From NCBI GenBank assembly GCA_903995005.1, contig CAJEZV010000001.1, forward strand, positions 11,309 through 75,308: DNA of 64,000 nt, written 5' to 3'. Position 1 is the stretch's first letter. Each line of letters begins with the position of its first letter. This DNA comes from an uncultured beta proteobacterium. Lineage in GTDB: Bacteria; Pseudomonadota; Gammaproteobacteria; Burkholderiales; Burkholderiaceae. Both the position numbers and the translations under genes were made by a program. Below are positions 43,340 through 51,788 of the stretch, piece by piece. The notes beneath the pieces were generated by a model. The model worked only from the letters and a program-made list of their open reading frames with translations. It did no database searches and was not told where the DNA came from.

Positions 43340-46300
43340 ATGAATTGGACTGACATATTCATTCGCAGACCAGTACTTTCACTGGTCGTGAGTGCGCTCG
43401 TATTGGTTTTTGGTTTAAAGGCCATTGGCTCTTTGCCAGTTAATCAGTATCCGCAAACGCAGAATGCAATTGTTACGATTACTACTGCCTACTATGGCGC
43501 TGATCCAGAAACTATTGCAGGTTTTATTACGCAGCCACTTGAGGCTTCTATTGCTCAGGCACAAGGGATTGATTATTTATCGTCAGCGAGTGTCAGTGGC
43601 GTTTCGACGATTATTGCTACGCTAAAGTTGAACTACGACTCTAATGCGGCATTAACGCAAATTCAGACACAAATAAGCGCAGTTAAGAATCAACTACCAC
43701 CACAAGCCCAGCAGCCTATATTGACGGTTCAGGTGGGTCAATCTACCGCTGCGATGTACATGGGTTTTTATAGCGATGACATACCCAATAATGCAATTAC
43801 GGACTATTTATTGCGAGTTGTAAAGCCTAAGCTAGATTCAGTAGAGGGCGTACAGAATGCAGAAATTACGGGCGGCAGAAAATTTGCTCTACGCGCTTGG
43901 TTAGATCGCGAGAAGATGGCAGGCCTTGGAGTTGGTGCTGACGATGTCTATAGCGCCCTGTCTGCTAATAACTATTTATCAGCAGTAGGCAGCACCAAAG
44001 GTGATATGGTTGCAGTCGATTTGGTTGCAGGTACTGATTTACATACGCTAGAAGAGTTTCGTAAGCTAGTAGTTAAAAAAGATGGTGTGAATATTGTGTA
44101 TCTCGATCAAGTGGCCAATGTCACCTTGGGGTCTGAGGACTACAACACCAATGTTGCTTTTAGCGGCAAGAAGTCGGTATTTATTGCTATCAAGGTTGCT
44201 CCCCAGGCGAACTTATTAGATGTCGCTCAGCGGGTACGCGATGTAGTTCCTGGTATTCAGAAGCAATTACCAATTGGCATGACTGGCAAGATTGTCTATG
44301 ACTCCACCAAGTTCATCACGAGCTCAATTGATGAGGTGGTTTCAACTTTGATAGAAGCTTTGGTTATTGTGACCATTGTGATTTATCTCTTCTTGGGTAG
44401 TGTGCGTGCAGTTGCAGTCCCGGTAATTGCAATGCCACTTTCGCTCATTGGTACATTCTTCTTAATGCAAGTGCTGGGCTACTCTATTAATTTGCTAACT
44501 CTCTTAGCTTTAGTATTAGCAATTGGTTTAGTGGTTGATGATGCCATCATCGTGGTTGAAAACGTTGATCGGCATATGAAAGAAGGCAAGTCTCCATTAG
44601 AGGCTTCACTAATCGCCGCTCGTGAATTAGGTGGTCCGATTTTGGCGATGACAGTAGTTTTGATTGCGGTATATATCCCAATTGGCTTTCAGGGTGGCTT
44701 GACTGGTGCGCTTTTTACTGAGTTTGCCTTTACCTTAGCTAGTGCCGTAGCTGTCTCAGGTCTGATTGCATTGACACTTTCGCCGATGATGTGTTCGCGC
44801 ATCTTTACTGAAGAGCAAGAAGCATCTTCTTTTGTACAAAAGATTGACCGAATTTTTGATAAGGTTCATCACAGCTATCAAAGTACTCTGCGTGACTTAC
44901 TTAGTACATGGCAAGTGATTATTGTGATGGGTGCAATTCTTTTGGGTGGCGTCGCATATCTTTACGCTACTGCGCGTGCCGAACTTGCCCCAACGGAAGA
45001 TCAGGGTATTGTATTGATGCAAGCATCTGGCCCACCTAATAGCACAGTCAACCAAATGCAGACTTACGCAGATCAGATTTATGCGATCGCTAGCGCTGAA
45101 CCAGAATATGAGCAGGCATTCCAAATCACAAGTCCAACTTCAAGCTTTGGCGGTATCTTATTGAAAGATTGGGGCGAGCGGAGTCGCAATGCTACAAAGT
45201 TCCAAGAAGATATGCAGCAGAAGTGGAACACGATTGCTGGCGCTCGCGTAGCAGCCTTCCAGTTTCCCGCCCTGCCTGGAGCGCAAGGTTTTCCGGTGCA
45301 GGTAGTAATCAATACCACTGAATCGTATGAGCAACTGAACGAGGTATCTCAGGCAGTTTTAGATAAAGCACGTCGCTCCGGAAACTTTTTCTACGTAGAT
45401 TCAGATTTGAAGATTGATAAGCCACAAGATGTTCTGGTGATTGATCGCGAGAAAGTTGCTGCTTTAGGGATGACTCAGCAACAGGTTGGCTCCGCATTGT
45501 CTGCTGCTTTAGGTGGCGGTTATGTGAACTACTTTTCAGTAGCGGGTAGATCATATCGCGTGATTCCACAAGTCAAGCAGACTGATCGCTTAAACCCAGA
45601 CCAGATTTTGGATTACTACATTCGTACGCCAAGCGGAGCAATGATTCAGGCTCGTACGATTGCAAGCATTAAGCAAAAGGTAGTGCCTCAATCGATCAAC
45701 CACTTTCAGCAATTGAACTCTGCCACGATTGCAGGGGTCAGCACTCCATTTATTTCACAGGCAGATTTATTGGAGTTCATGCGTCAAAGCTTAAAAGAGG
45801 TTGCGCCCAATGGTTACAGCATGGACTATGCCGGTCCATCACGTCAATTTATGGCTGAGTCCGGTGGCTTTTTGGTCACCATGTTCTTTGCGATCTTGAT
45901 CGTATTCTTAGTTCTTGCTGCGCAGTTCGAAAGTTTCCGTGATCCGATCGTAATCCTAGTATCAGTACCACTCGCCCTTTTTGGCGCACTCATCTTTATT
46001 AACTTGGGCTTTACTACCTTGAACGTATATACCCAGGTAGGCTTAGTGACGCTCATGGGCCTGATTAGTAAGCACGGTATTTTGATTGTGGAATTTGCTA
46101 ATGAACTCCAAGAAGCGGGACGTAGCAAGCTCGATGCAATTGTTGAGGCAAGTAGCGTGCGTTTAAGGCCAATTTTGATGACAACTGCAGCCATGGTATT
46201 GGGCGTATTGCCCTTGGTGATTGCTTCTGGCGCAGGTGCCGCAGGCCGTCAATCTATGGGTATTGTGATCTTTACTGGCTTATCAATTGGCACGCTATTT

Positions 46301-46375
46301 ACTTTGTTTGTCGTGCCTGCAATGTATCTCTTTATTGGTGCTGATCACCACCAGAAGAAATTTAAACAAGAGTAA
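43340..46375 (+). CDS. RND efflux permease (AcrB superfamily; MexI/MexW-like)
   Basis: FIRRPV, GLVVDDAIIVVEN, KHGILIVEF, RLRPILMT; 1011 aa. Confidence 0.95.
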   Translation: MNWTDIFIRRPVLSLVVSALVLVFGLKAIGSLPVNQYPQTQNAIVTITTAYYGADPETIAGFITQPLEASIAQAQGIDYLSSASVSGVSTIIATLKLNYDSNAALTQIQTQISAVKNQLPPQAQQPILTVQVGQSTAAMYMGFYSDDIPNNAITDYLLRVVKPKLDSVEGVQNAEITGGRKFALRAWLDREKMAGLGVGADDVYSALSANNYLSAVGSTKGDMVAVDLVAGTDLHTLEEFRKLVVKKDGVNIVYLDQVANVTLGSEDYNTNVAFSGKKSVFIAIKVAPQANLLDVAQRVRDVVPGIQKQLPIGMTGKIVYDSTKFITSSIDEVVSTLIEALVIVTIVIYLFLGSVRAVAVPVIAMPLSLIGTFFLMQVLGYSINLLTLLALVLAIGLVVDDAIIVVENVDRHMKEGKSPLEASLIAARELGGPILAMTVVLIAVYIPIGFQGGLTGALFTEFAFTLASAVAVSGLIALTLSPMMCSRIFTEEQEASSFVQKIDRIFDKVHHSYQSTLRDLLSTWQVIIVMGAILLGGVAYLYATARAELAPTEDQGIVLMQASGPPNSTVNQMQTYADQIYAIASAEPEYEQAFQITSPTSSFGGILLKDWGERSRNATKFQEDMQQKWNTIAGARVAAFQFPALPGAQGFPVQVVINTTESYEQLNEVSQAVLDKARRSGNFFYVDSDLKIDKPQDVLVIDREKVAALGMTQQQVGSALSAALGGGYVNYFSVAGRSYRVIPQVKQTDRLNPDQILDYYIRTPSGAMIQARTIASIKQKVVPQSINHFQQLNSATIAGVSTPFISQADLLEFMRQSLKEVAPNGYSMDYAGPSRQFMAESGGFLVTMFFAILIVFLVLAAQFESFRDPIVILVSVPLALFGALIFINLGFTTLNVYTQVGLVTLMGLISKHGILIVEFANELQEAGRSKLDAIVEASSVRLRPILMTTAAMVLGVLPLVIASGAGAAGRQSMGIVIFTGLSIGTLFTLFVVPAMYLFIGADHHQKKFKQE

Positions 46376-46406
46376 AGTGCAGCGAGTGACGACTGCTCAA
46401 TAGCGC

Positions 46407-47069
46407 CTATTTAATGATGTTGAGCTCTTTTTCGGCAATATCATTAAAGCAAGTTTCTTTTTCTAAACGCTTAAGCCATGCATCAATATTTTTGAGATCT
46501 GCACGTGCGCCAGTTTGTTTTGGGAAAGTGTTGTTCAGGAGAATCCAGCGGCTTGCAGAAAGCCCAAGTGCAATATCACCAATATGGAATTGATTGCCAG
46601 AGCAATACGGTTGGGTACTCAGAGTTTGATCAAGAAGACCTAGTAATTGATTTGTGTTTTGATACGCTTTTTGAATGGCGACATCATTACGTTCCGCTTC
46701 GGGCGTTCTCGTAAGACCTAAAAATGCAACGCGTAATGCAGGCCACATTGTTCCGAGCTGCCAGTCTAGCCACTTTTCGGAGTTGTATTGAGCCTTAATA
46801 TCTGATGGGAACCGTTTGTTTTTGTCATGCTCTTTGGCAAGGTAGCGCAAAATGGTATTCGATTCCCAAAGAATGAGATTGCCCACCATTAAAGTAGGCA
46901 CAAGGCCGTTGGGGTTCATTTTTAGGAATTCAGGGGTACGGTTGATGCCAAAGTGAAGTCCAGCATCAATCCGCTCAAAGTCTTGACCCTCTTTTAGGCC
47001 TAACTCAGCAAAACACCACAACACTTTCTGAACATTGATAGAACTTTTACGACCCCATAAACGCATCAT
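46407..47069 (-). CDS. Glutathione S-transferase (GstB/YliJ-like)
   Basis: LWGR.SSINVQKV, NPNGLVPT, WESNTI.RYL. Confidence 0.9.
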   Translation of the reverse strand: MMRLWGRKSSINVQKVLWCFAELGLKEGQDFERIDAGLHFGINRTPEFLKMNPNGLVPTLMVGNLILWESNTILRYLAKEHDKNKRFPSDIKAQYNSEKWLDWQLGTMWPALRVAFLGLTRTPEAERNDVAIQKAYQNTNQLLGLLDQTLSTQPYCSGNQFHIGDIALGLSASRWILLNNTFPKQTGARADLKNIDAWLKRLEKETCFNDIAEKELNIIK

Positions 47070-47090
47070 GACAGTTCCTTAAAAGACCAT

Positions 47091-47594
47091 TTAAGCAGTT
47101 TTTGTTTCTATAAAATCAAGGCCAACAAATTTGCTACGAGCAAAAATGAGTGGTTCTTTCTCGGGATGATTCTTTAAGTTAAGTACTTTGGCAACAATGA
47201 TGTTGTGATCTCCGCCTATATGCACGGAAACGGTTTCACATTCATAGTAAGCAACACAATCGTTGATCTGAGCAAGTCCACTAGCGGCTAACTTATGCCC
47301 AACATTGATGAATTGCTCATGCTTCACGGTAGCAAAATGCATTGCTAAATTTTCTTGAGAACGTTCAAGCACGTGGATGAGATGTTTCTTGCCTACTTCT
47401 ACCCATGGCGTTAAGGGAGAATGCCTTTTAAGGCTCCATAGGATGAGGGGCGGCTCAAGAGAAACTGAGTTGAATGAGCTGATGGTGATGCCGTGATGAC
47501 CTTGGTTTTCATCAAGACAGGTAATGACAGTGACTCCGGTAGCAAATGATGCAAATCCTTTGCGTAGTTCTTGTGAGGTAAATGGAGTCATCAA
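47091..47594 (-). CDS. Flavin reductase family protein
   Basis: FATGVTVIT, SFNSVSLEPPL, GGDH. Confidence 0.92.
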   Translation of the reverse strand: MMTPFTSQELRKGFASFATGVTVITCLDENQGHHGITISSFNSVSLEPPLILWSLKRHSPLTPWVEVGKKHLIHVLERSQENLAMHFATVKHEQFINVGHKLAASGLAQINDCVAYYECETVSVHIGGDHNIIVAKVLNLKNHPEKEPLIFARSKFVGLDFIETKTA

Positions 47595-47601
47595 ACTTTA
47601 C

Positions 47602-47898
47602 TTACTTCGCTGCTGCTTTAACAGCAGGGGCAATAGTTGTTCCTGGAATAGGAATGAGCACTTCATTTTCTTCGGTCTTCACGCATTTAAAGCGATATTC
47701 CTTGCCTGCTTTTGATAAGAAGCTGGCGCCTTCGTAGAAATCGTTCCTGCAGGTCTTGGTAGCAAAGTCCATGACATCTTGTGGATCAGCGCTGGAAGTA
47801 ATTAAGCGCATATTACCCATAGACATATTAATTTGAGTCGAATAGCACCCTGTGAGAATCAAGCCAGAAATCGCGGTTAATAGTAGAATTTTTTTCAT
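47602..47898 (-). CDS. Small hypothetical lipoprotein
   Basis: GGAGG RBS before ATG 47898; MKKILLL...LTGC lipobox. Confidence 0.75.
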   Translation of the reverse strand: MKKILLLTAISGLILTGCYSTQINMSMGNMRLITSSADPQDVMDFATKTCRNDFYEGASFLSKAGKEYRFKCVKTEENEVLIPIPGTTIAPAVKAAAK

Positions 47899-47985
47899 GG
47901 AAGCCTCCATAATGAGCAATGCTCGTTAGGATAAACCTATTAAGCATTTGTTGCGGGAAAATGCCCTGTTATAAAAGGAAGAGAC

Positions 47986-48969
47986 ATGTTCAGAGCAATA
48001 TTGGTAAATAAAGATGATCAAGGCTATCGCGCTGAGTTGGGTCAGGCTGATGAGGCTAGCCTGCCAGCAGGGGAGGTTTGGGTTAAGGTGCTTTACTCCA
48101 CCCTCAACTACAAGGATGGCTTAGCTATCACTGGTAAAGGCCCTGTGGTGAGAAGCTTCCCAATGGTTCCTGGAATTGATTTTGCTGGTGAGGTGATGGA
48201 GAGCGCTAGCCCAGATTTCAAGACTGGAGATATGGTGCTCCTGAATGGTTGGGGGGTTGGTGAGGGGCATTGGGGTGGTTTAGCGCAGCAGGCCAGAGTA
48301 AAAGCAGATTGGTTGATTCCACTTCCAAAAGGGTTTACGGCTAAGCAAGTATTGGCAATTGGTACTGCCGGTTACACCGCCATGCTGTGTGTCATGGCGT
48401 TGCAAAAACATGGCCTTAAGCCAAGTGATGGTGAGGTTTTAGTGACTGGCTCCGCAGGCGGTGTTGGAAGTTTTGCTATTACCTTATTAAGTAAGCTTGG
48501 TTTTACTGTTGTCGCTAGTACTGGCCGAATGGCTGAGGCAGATTATTTAAAGAAATTGGGTGCAGCTGAAGTGATTGATCGTGCCACTTTATCTGCCCCA
48601 GGCAAGCCCTTAGCAAAAGAGCGCTGGGCGGCGGTAGTCGATAGCGTTGGTAGTCATACCTTGGCTAATGCTTGTGCACAAACTAAGAGTGATGGTGCTG
48701 TGGCAGCTTGCGGGCTTGCCCAAGGTATGGATTTCCCATCCAGTGTTGCACCATTTATTTTGCGTGGCGTGACCCTCTATGGCATCAATAGCGTAACCGT
48801 ACCGCGTGCAAAACGGATTACTGCTTATGAGCAACTGAGTAGATTGGTTGATCTAAAAACTTTAGATGAGATCTCTCACGAAATTACTTTGGAAGAATCT
48901 TTAAAGTATGCGCAAGAGTTAATGGCAGGTAACGTACGTGGTCGTTTAATTGTGGATGTAAATAAATAA
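47986..48969 (+). CDS. acuI: Acryloyl-CoA reductase AcuI/YhdH (MDR family)
   Basis: STLNYKDGLA, PGIDFAG, AIGTAGYTA, GGVGS, PFILRGV. Confidence 0.88.
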   Translation: MFRAILVNKDDQGYRAELGQADEASLPAGEVWVKVLYSTLNYKDGLAITGKGPVVRSFPMVPGIDFAGEVMESASPDFKTGDMVLLNGWGVGEGHWGGLAQQARVKADWLIPLPKGFTAKQVLAIGTAGYTAMLCVMALQKHGLKPSDGEVLVTGSAGGVGSFAITLLSKLGFTVVASTGRMAEADYLKKLGAAEVIDRATLSAPGKPLAKERWAAVVDSVGSHTLANACAQTKSDGAVAACGLAQGMDFPSSVAPFILRGVTLYGINSVTVPRAKRITAYEQLSRLVDLKTLDEISHEITLEESLKYAQELMAGNVRGRLIVDVNK

Positions 48970-48981
48970 GCGACTAGAAAT

Positions 48982-49158
48982 TTACTCAGGTGTTTGAGGT
49001 TTGCGTGCATTCAGCTTGGCCGAAATCTCAAGCTTCTCAGGATTAGAAAGATCAGACCAATCCGCAATTTCAGTAATCGTACGATAGCATCCGCGGCAGT
49101 AACCATTCTCGGGATTAATATCGCACCAATTGATGCAAGGTGATGGGACAGTTGTCAA
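48982..49158 (-). CDS. DUF1289 family small Cys-rich protein (58 aa)
   Basis: Below ORF-track cutoff. TTG start; MTTVPSPCINWCDINPENGYCRGCYRTITEIADW... matches the SPCxxxC...CxGCxRTxxEIxxW pattern. Confidence 0.85.
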   Translation of the reverse strand: MTTVPSPCINWCDINPENGYCRGCYRTITEIADWSDLSNPEKLEISAKLNARKPQTPE

Positions 49159-49196
49159 AATAAACCTAATAGTAATTTAATAGAATAATTTAAACC

Positions 49197-50282
49197 ATGA
49201 GCACTAAAAATAAGGTAAAAGCAGAAAGTGCTATTCATTATCCATTAGGAGAGATGCTTCCTGAGCTTGGCATCACTGTTGAGATTACCCCAGGTGTTCG
49301 TTGGCTCAGAATGAGGCTGCCATTTGCCTTAGACCATATTAATCTCTGGCTTTTGCGTGATGAAATCGATGGCATTGCTGGATGGACGATTGTGGATTGC
49401 GGTATTGCGAATGATGAGACTAAGGTTTCATGGGAAAAGATTTTTGCGACCCAGTTATACGGCCTGCCAGTGCTGAGAGTGCTTGTGACGCATATGCATC
49501 CAGATCACGTGGGTTTATCGCAATGGTTATGCGAGAAATGGAATGCACCTTTGTGGATCTCTATGACTGATTTTCTAACCGCCCAGTGGCTAAGCTGCAA
49601 AGAGGGCGGCGCTGCCATTGGAGCGCGTGCCGGTGGCGGAGGATCCGCAGATCATTTTCAGAAACATGGCTTGACTGCGCCAGAGGATTTAGAAAAAATT
49701 CGGGCGCGTTTTAATTACTACAGCAATATGGTTCCAGGCATGCCTCGCCAATATCGTCGCATTATGAATGGTGAGAATATTTTGATTGGCGGCAAAAATT
49801 GGCAGGTCATCATGGGCTATGGACATGCACCAGAGCATGCCTCACTTTTTTGTAAAGACTTAGGGGTATTGATTTCTGGAGATATGCTCTTGCCACGCAT
49901 CTCAACGAATGTCAGTGTATTTGATGCTGACCCGGATGCTGATCCATTGGGACTCTATTTGGATTCTCTAGATGATTACCTACCTCTTCCTGATGACACT
50001 TTAGTATTGCCGTCGCATGGCAAGCCATTTACAGGCATGAAGCCACGTATTGCACAACTGAAGGCGCATCATGACGACCGTTTGGCAGACACGCTTGGCG
50101 CATGCAAAAAACCGGCACATGCTAGAGAGATAGTGCCGGTTTTATTTAAGCGTGAGCTAGATATTCATCAGCTTACTTTTGCGATGGGTGAGGCTATTGC
50201 CCACCTGAATTACCTACTTCGTCGAGGTAAGTTGGATCGCCGGCTTTGCGAGGACGGCGTGTTGAGGTTTTCCGTGGTTTAG
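49197..50282 (+). CDS. MBL-fold metallo-hydrolase
   Basis: LPFALDHIN, THMHPDH, GHAPEH, SGD, PSHG. Confidence 0.9.
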   Translation: MSTKNKVKAESAIHYPLGEMLPELGITVEITPGVRWLRMRLPFALDHINLWLLRDEIDGIAGWTIVDCGIANDETKVSWEKIFATQLYGLPVLRVLVTHMHPDHVGLSQWLCEKWNAPLWISMTDFLTAQWLSCKEGGAAIGARAGGGGSADHFQKHGLTAPEDLEKIRARFNYYSNMVPGMPRQYRRIMNGENILIGGKNWQVIMGYGHAPEHASLFCKDLGVLISGDMLLPRISTNVSVFDADPDADPLGLYLDSLDDYLPLPDDTLVLPSHGKPFTGMKPRIAQLKAHHDDRLADTLGACKKPAHAREIVPVLFKRELDIHQLTFAMGEAIAHLNYLLRRGKLDRRLCEDGVLRFSVV

Positions 50283-50649
50283 CCTTAACGCTGCTTGTTT
50301 TAGTATTCGACTCTTCATTTGGTGCTGTTGCTGCAGCACCCGCTGCGGATACCGCATCTCCAAATGACTTTAGGGCCATCATCGTGGCGTGCTGTACTTC
50401 TAGGCCTTGAATGGTGGACTTGAGAATGTTGAGGTTCAAATTGAGCCAATTCTCAACACTTTTGAGGTCCTTAATGCGCTTTTCTAGCTCGTCAATGTCT
50501 AGGCCTGGAAAGGCTGAGGCAAAGCCGCCAGCGGCTTTAGAGGCATCTGTAGTGAAGGGAAATTGCCCAGCTTGACCTGCGGCACCCTGTCCCCACATGG
50601 TTTTAAACATTTCAAGGCTTTGATTAAATTCTGGAATTGTTCCAAACAT
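50194..50649 (-). CDS. phaM: PhaM-family PHA granule/nucleoid-associated protein (short form)
   Basis: ELEKRIKDLKSVENWLNLNLNILKSTIQGLEVQ..T core; basic C-terminal tail. Confidence 0.75.
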   Translation of the reverse strand: MFGTIPEFNQSLEMFKTMWGQGAAGQAGQFPFTTDASKAAGGFASAFPGLDIDELEKRIKDLKSVENWLNLNLNILKSTIQGLEVQHATMMALKSFGDAVSAAGAAATAPNEESNTKTSSVKAKPRKTSTRRPRKAGDPTYLDEVGNSGGQ

Positions 50650-50723
50650 ACCTACTCCGGGTTAAATGAAAAGTGGCTTTTCCAATAGAATAAGGGATTC
50701 TAGAGATTTATCCCGGTTAATCA

Positions 50724-51788
50724 ATGCAATCTAATGGTATGTCCCAGCCTTACACCCGTGGTCAGGCACTTCCCGAGCTACTGAAGCAGCGTATCCTGAT
50801 TTTGGATGGCGCCATGGGCACCATGATTCAGCAGTACAAATTGACTGAGGCTGACTACCGTGGTTTACCTGGTAACACCCGATTTGCTGATCATCCTGGA
50901 GATATCAAAGGAAACAATGAGCTCTTGGTTCTGACCCAGCCAAAAATTATTAGCAAGATACATGAGCAATATTTAGATGCCGGTGCCGACATTATTGAAA
51001 CCAATACTTTTGGTGCGACCTCAGTTGCTCAAGAAGATTACAAAATGGCTGGGCTTGCGCGTGAGATGAATGAAGTTTCAGCAAAGCTTGCTCGCGCAGC
51101 TTGCGAAAAATACAGCACTGCCGATAAACCTCGATTTGCTGCGGGAGCAATTGGCCCGACACCGAAGACAGCCAGTATTTCTCCCGATGTAAATGATCCG
51201 GGCGCGCGTAACATCACCTTTGATGCTCTCCGTTCTTCTTATCGTGAACAGATTGAAGGCTTGTTTGCTGGTGGAGTAGATTTATTTTTGGTTGAAACCA
51301 TTTTTGACACTCTGAATGCAAAAGCTGCACTGTTTGCATTAGATGAGTTCTTTGAGGAGACGGGCGAGCGTTTGCCTGTAATGATCTCTGGAACAGTAAC
51401 CGATGCCTCCGGACGAATTCTCTCTGGTCAAACGGTTGAGGCATTTTGGAATAGCTTGCGCCACATAAGGCCACTCACATTTGGCCTGAACTGTGCATTA
51501 GGCGCTGCTTTGATGCGCCCTTATATTGCTGAGCTCTCACGTATTTGTGATGCAGCAATTTCTTGTTACCCCAATGCCGGCTTGCCAAATCCAATGAGCG
51601 ATACCGGCTTTGATGAAACACCAGACATTACTTCAAGCTTGGTTGATGGCTTTGCTAAAGATGGGCTAGTGAATTTGGTTGGCGGTTGCTGTGGCACTAC
51701 ACCAGATCACATTCGCGCAATTGCTAATGCAGTTGCAAAGCGCAAGCCACGCGCCTTTTATCGCGAAGATTCTAAGGCTGCAGCATGA
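50724..51788 (+). CDS. metH: Methionine synthase, homocysteine-binding module (split MetH, N-part)
   Basis: LDGAMGT, ETNTF, GLNC, GGCCGT zinc ligands. Confidence 0.93.
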   Translation: MQSNGMSQPYTRGQALPELLKQRILILDGAMGTMIQQYKLTEADYRGLPGNTRFADHPGDIKGNNELLVLTQPKIISKIHEQYLDAGADIIETNTFGATSVAQEDYKMAGLAREMNEVSAKLARAACEKYSTADKPRFAAGAIGPTPKTASISPDVNDPGARNITFDALRSSYREQIEGLFAGGVDLFLVETIFDTLNAKAALFALDEFFEETGERLPVMISGTVTDASGRILSGQTVEAFWNSLRHIRPLTFGLNCALGAALMRPYIAELSRICDAAISCYPNAGLPNPMSDTGFDETPDITSSLVDGFAKDGLVNLVGGCCGTTPDHIRAIANAVAKRKPRAFYREDSKAAA

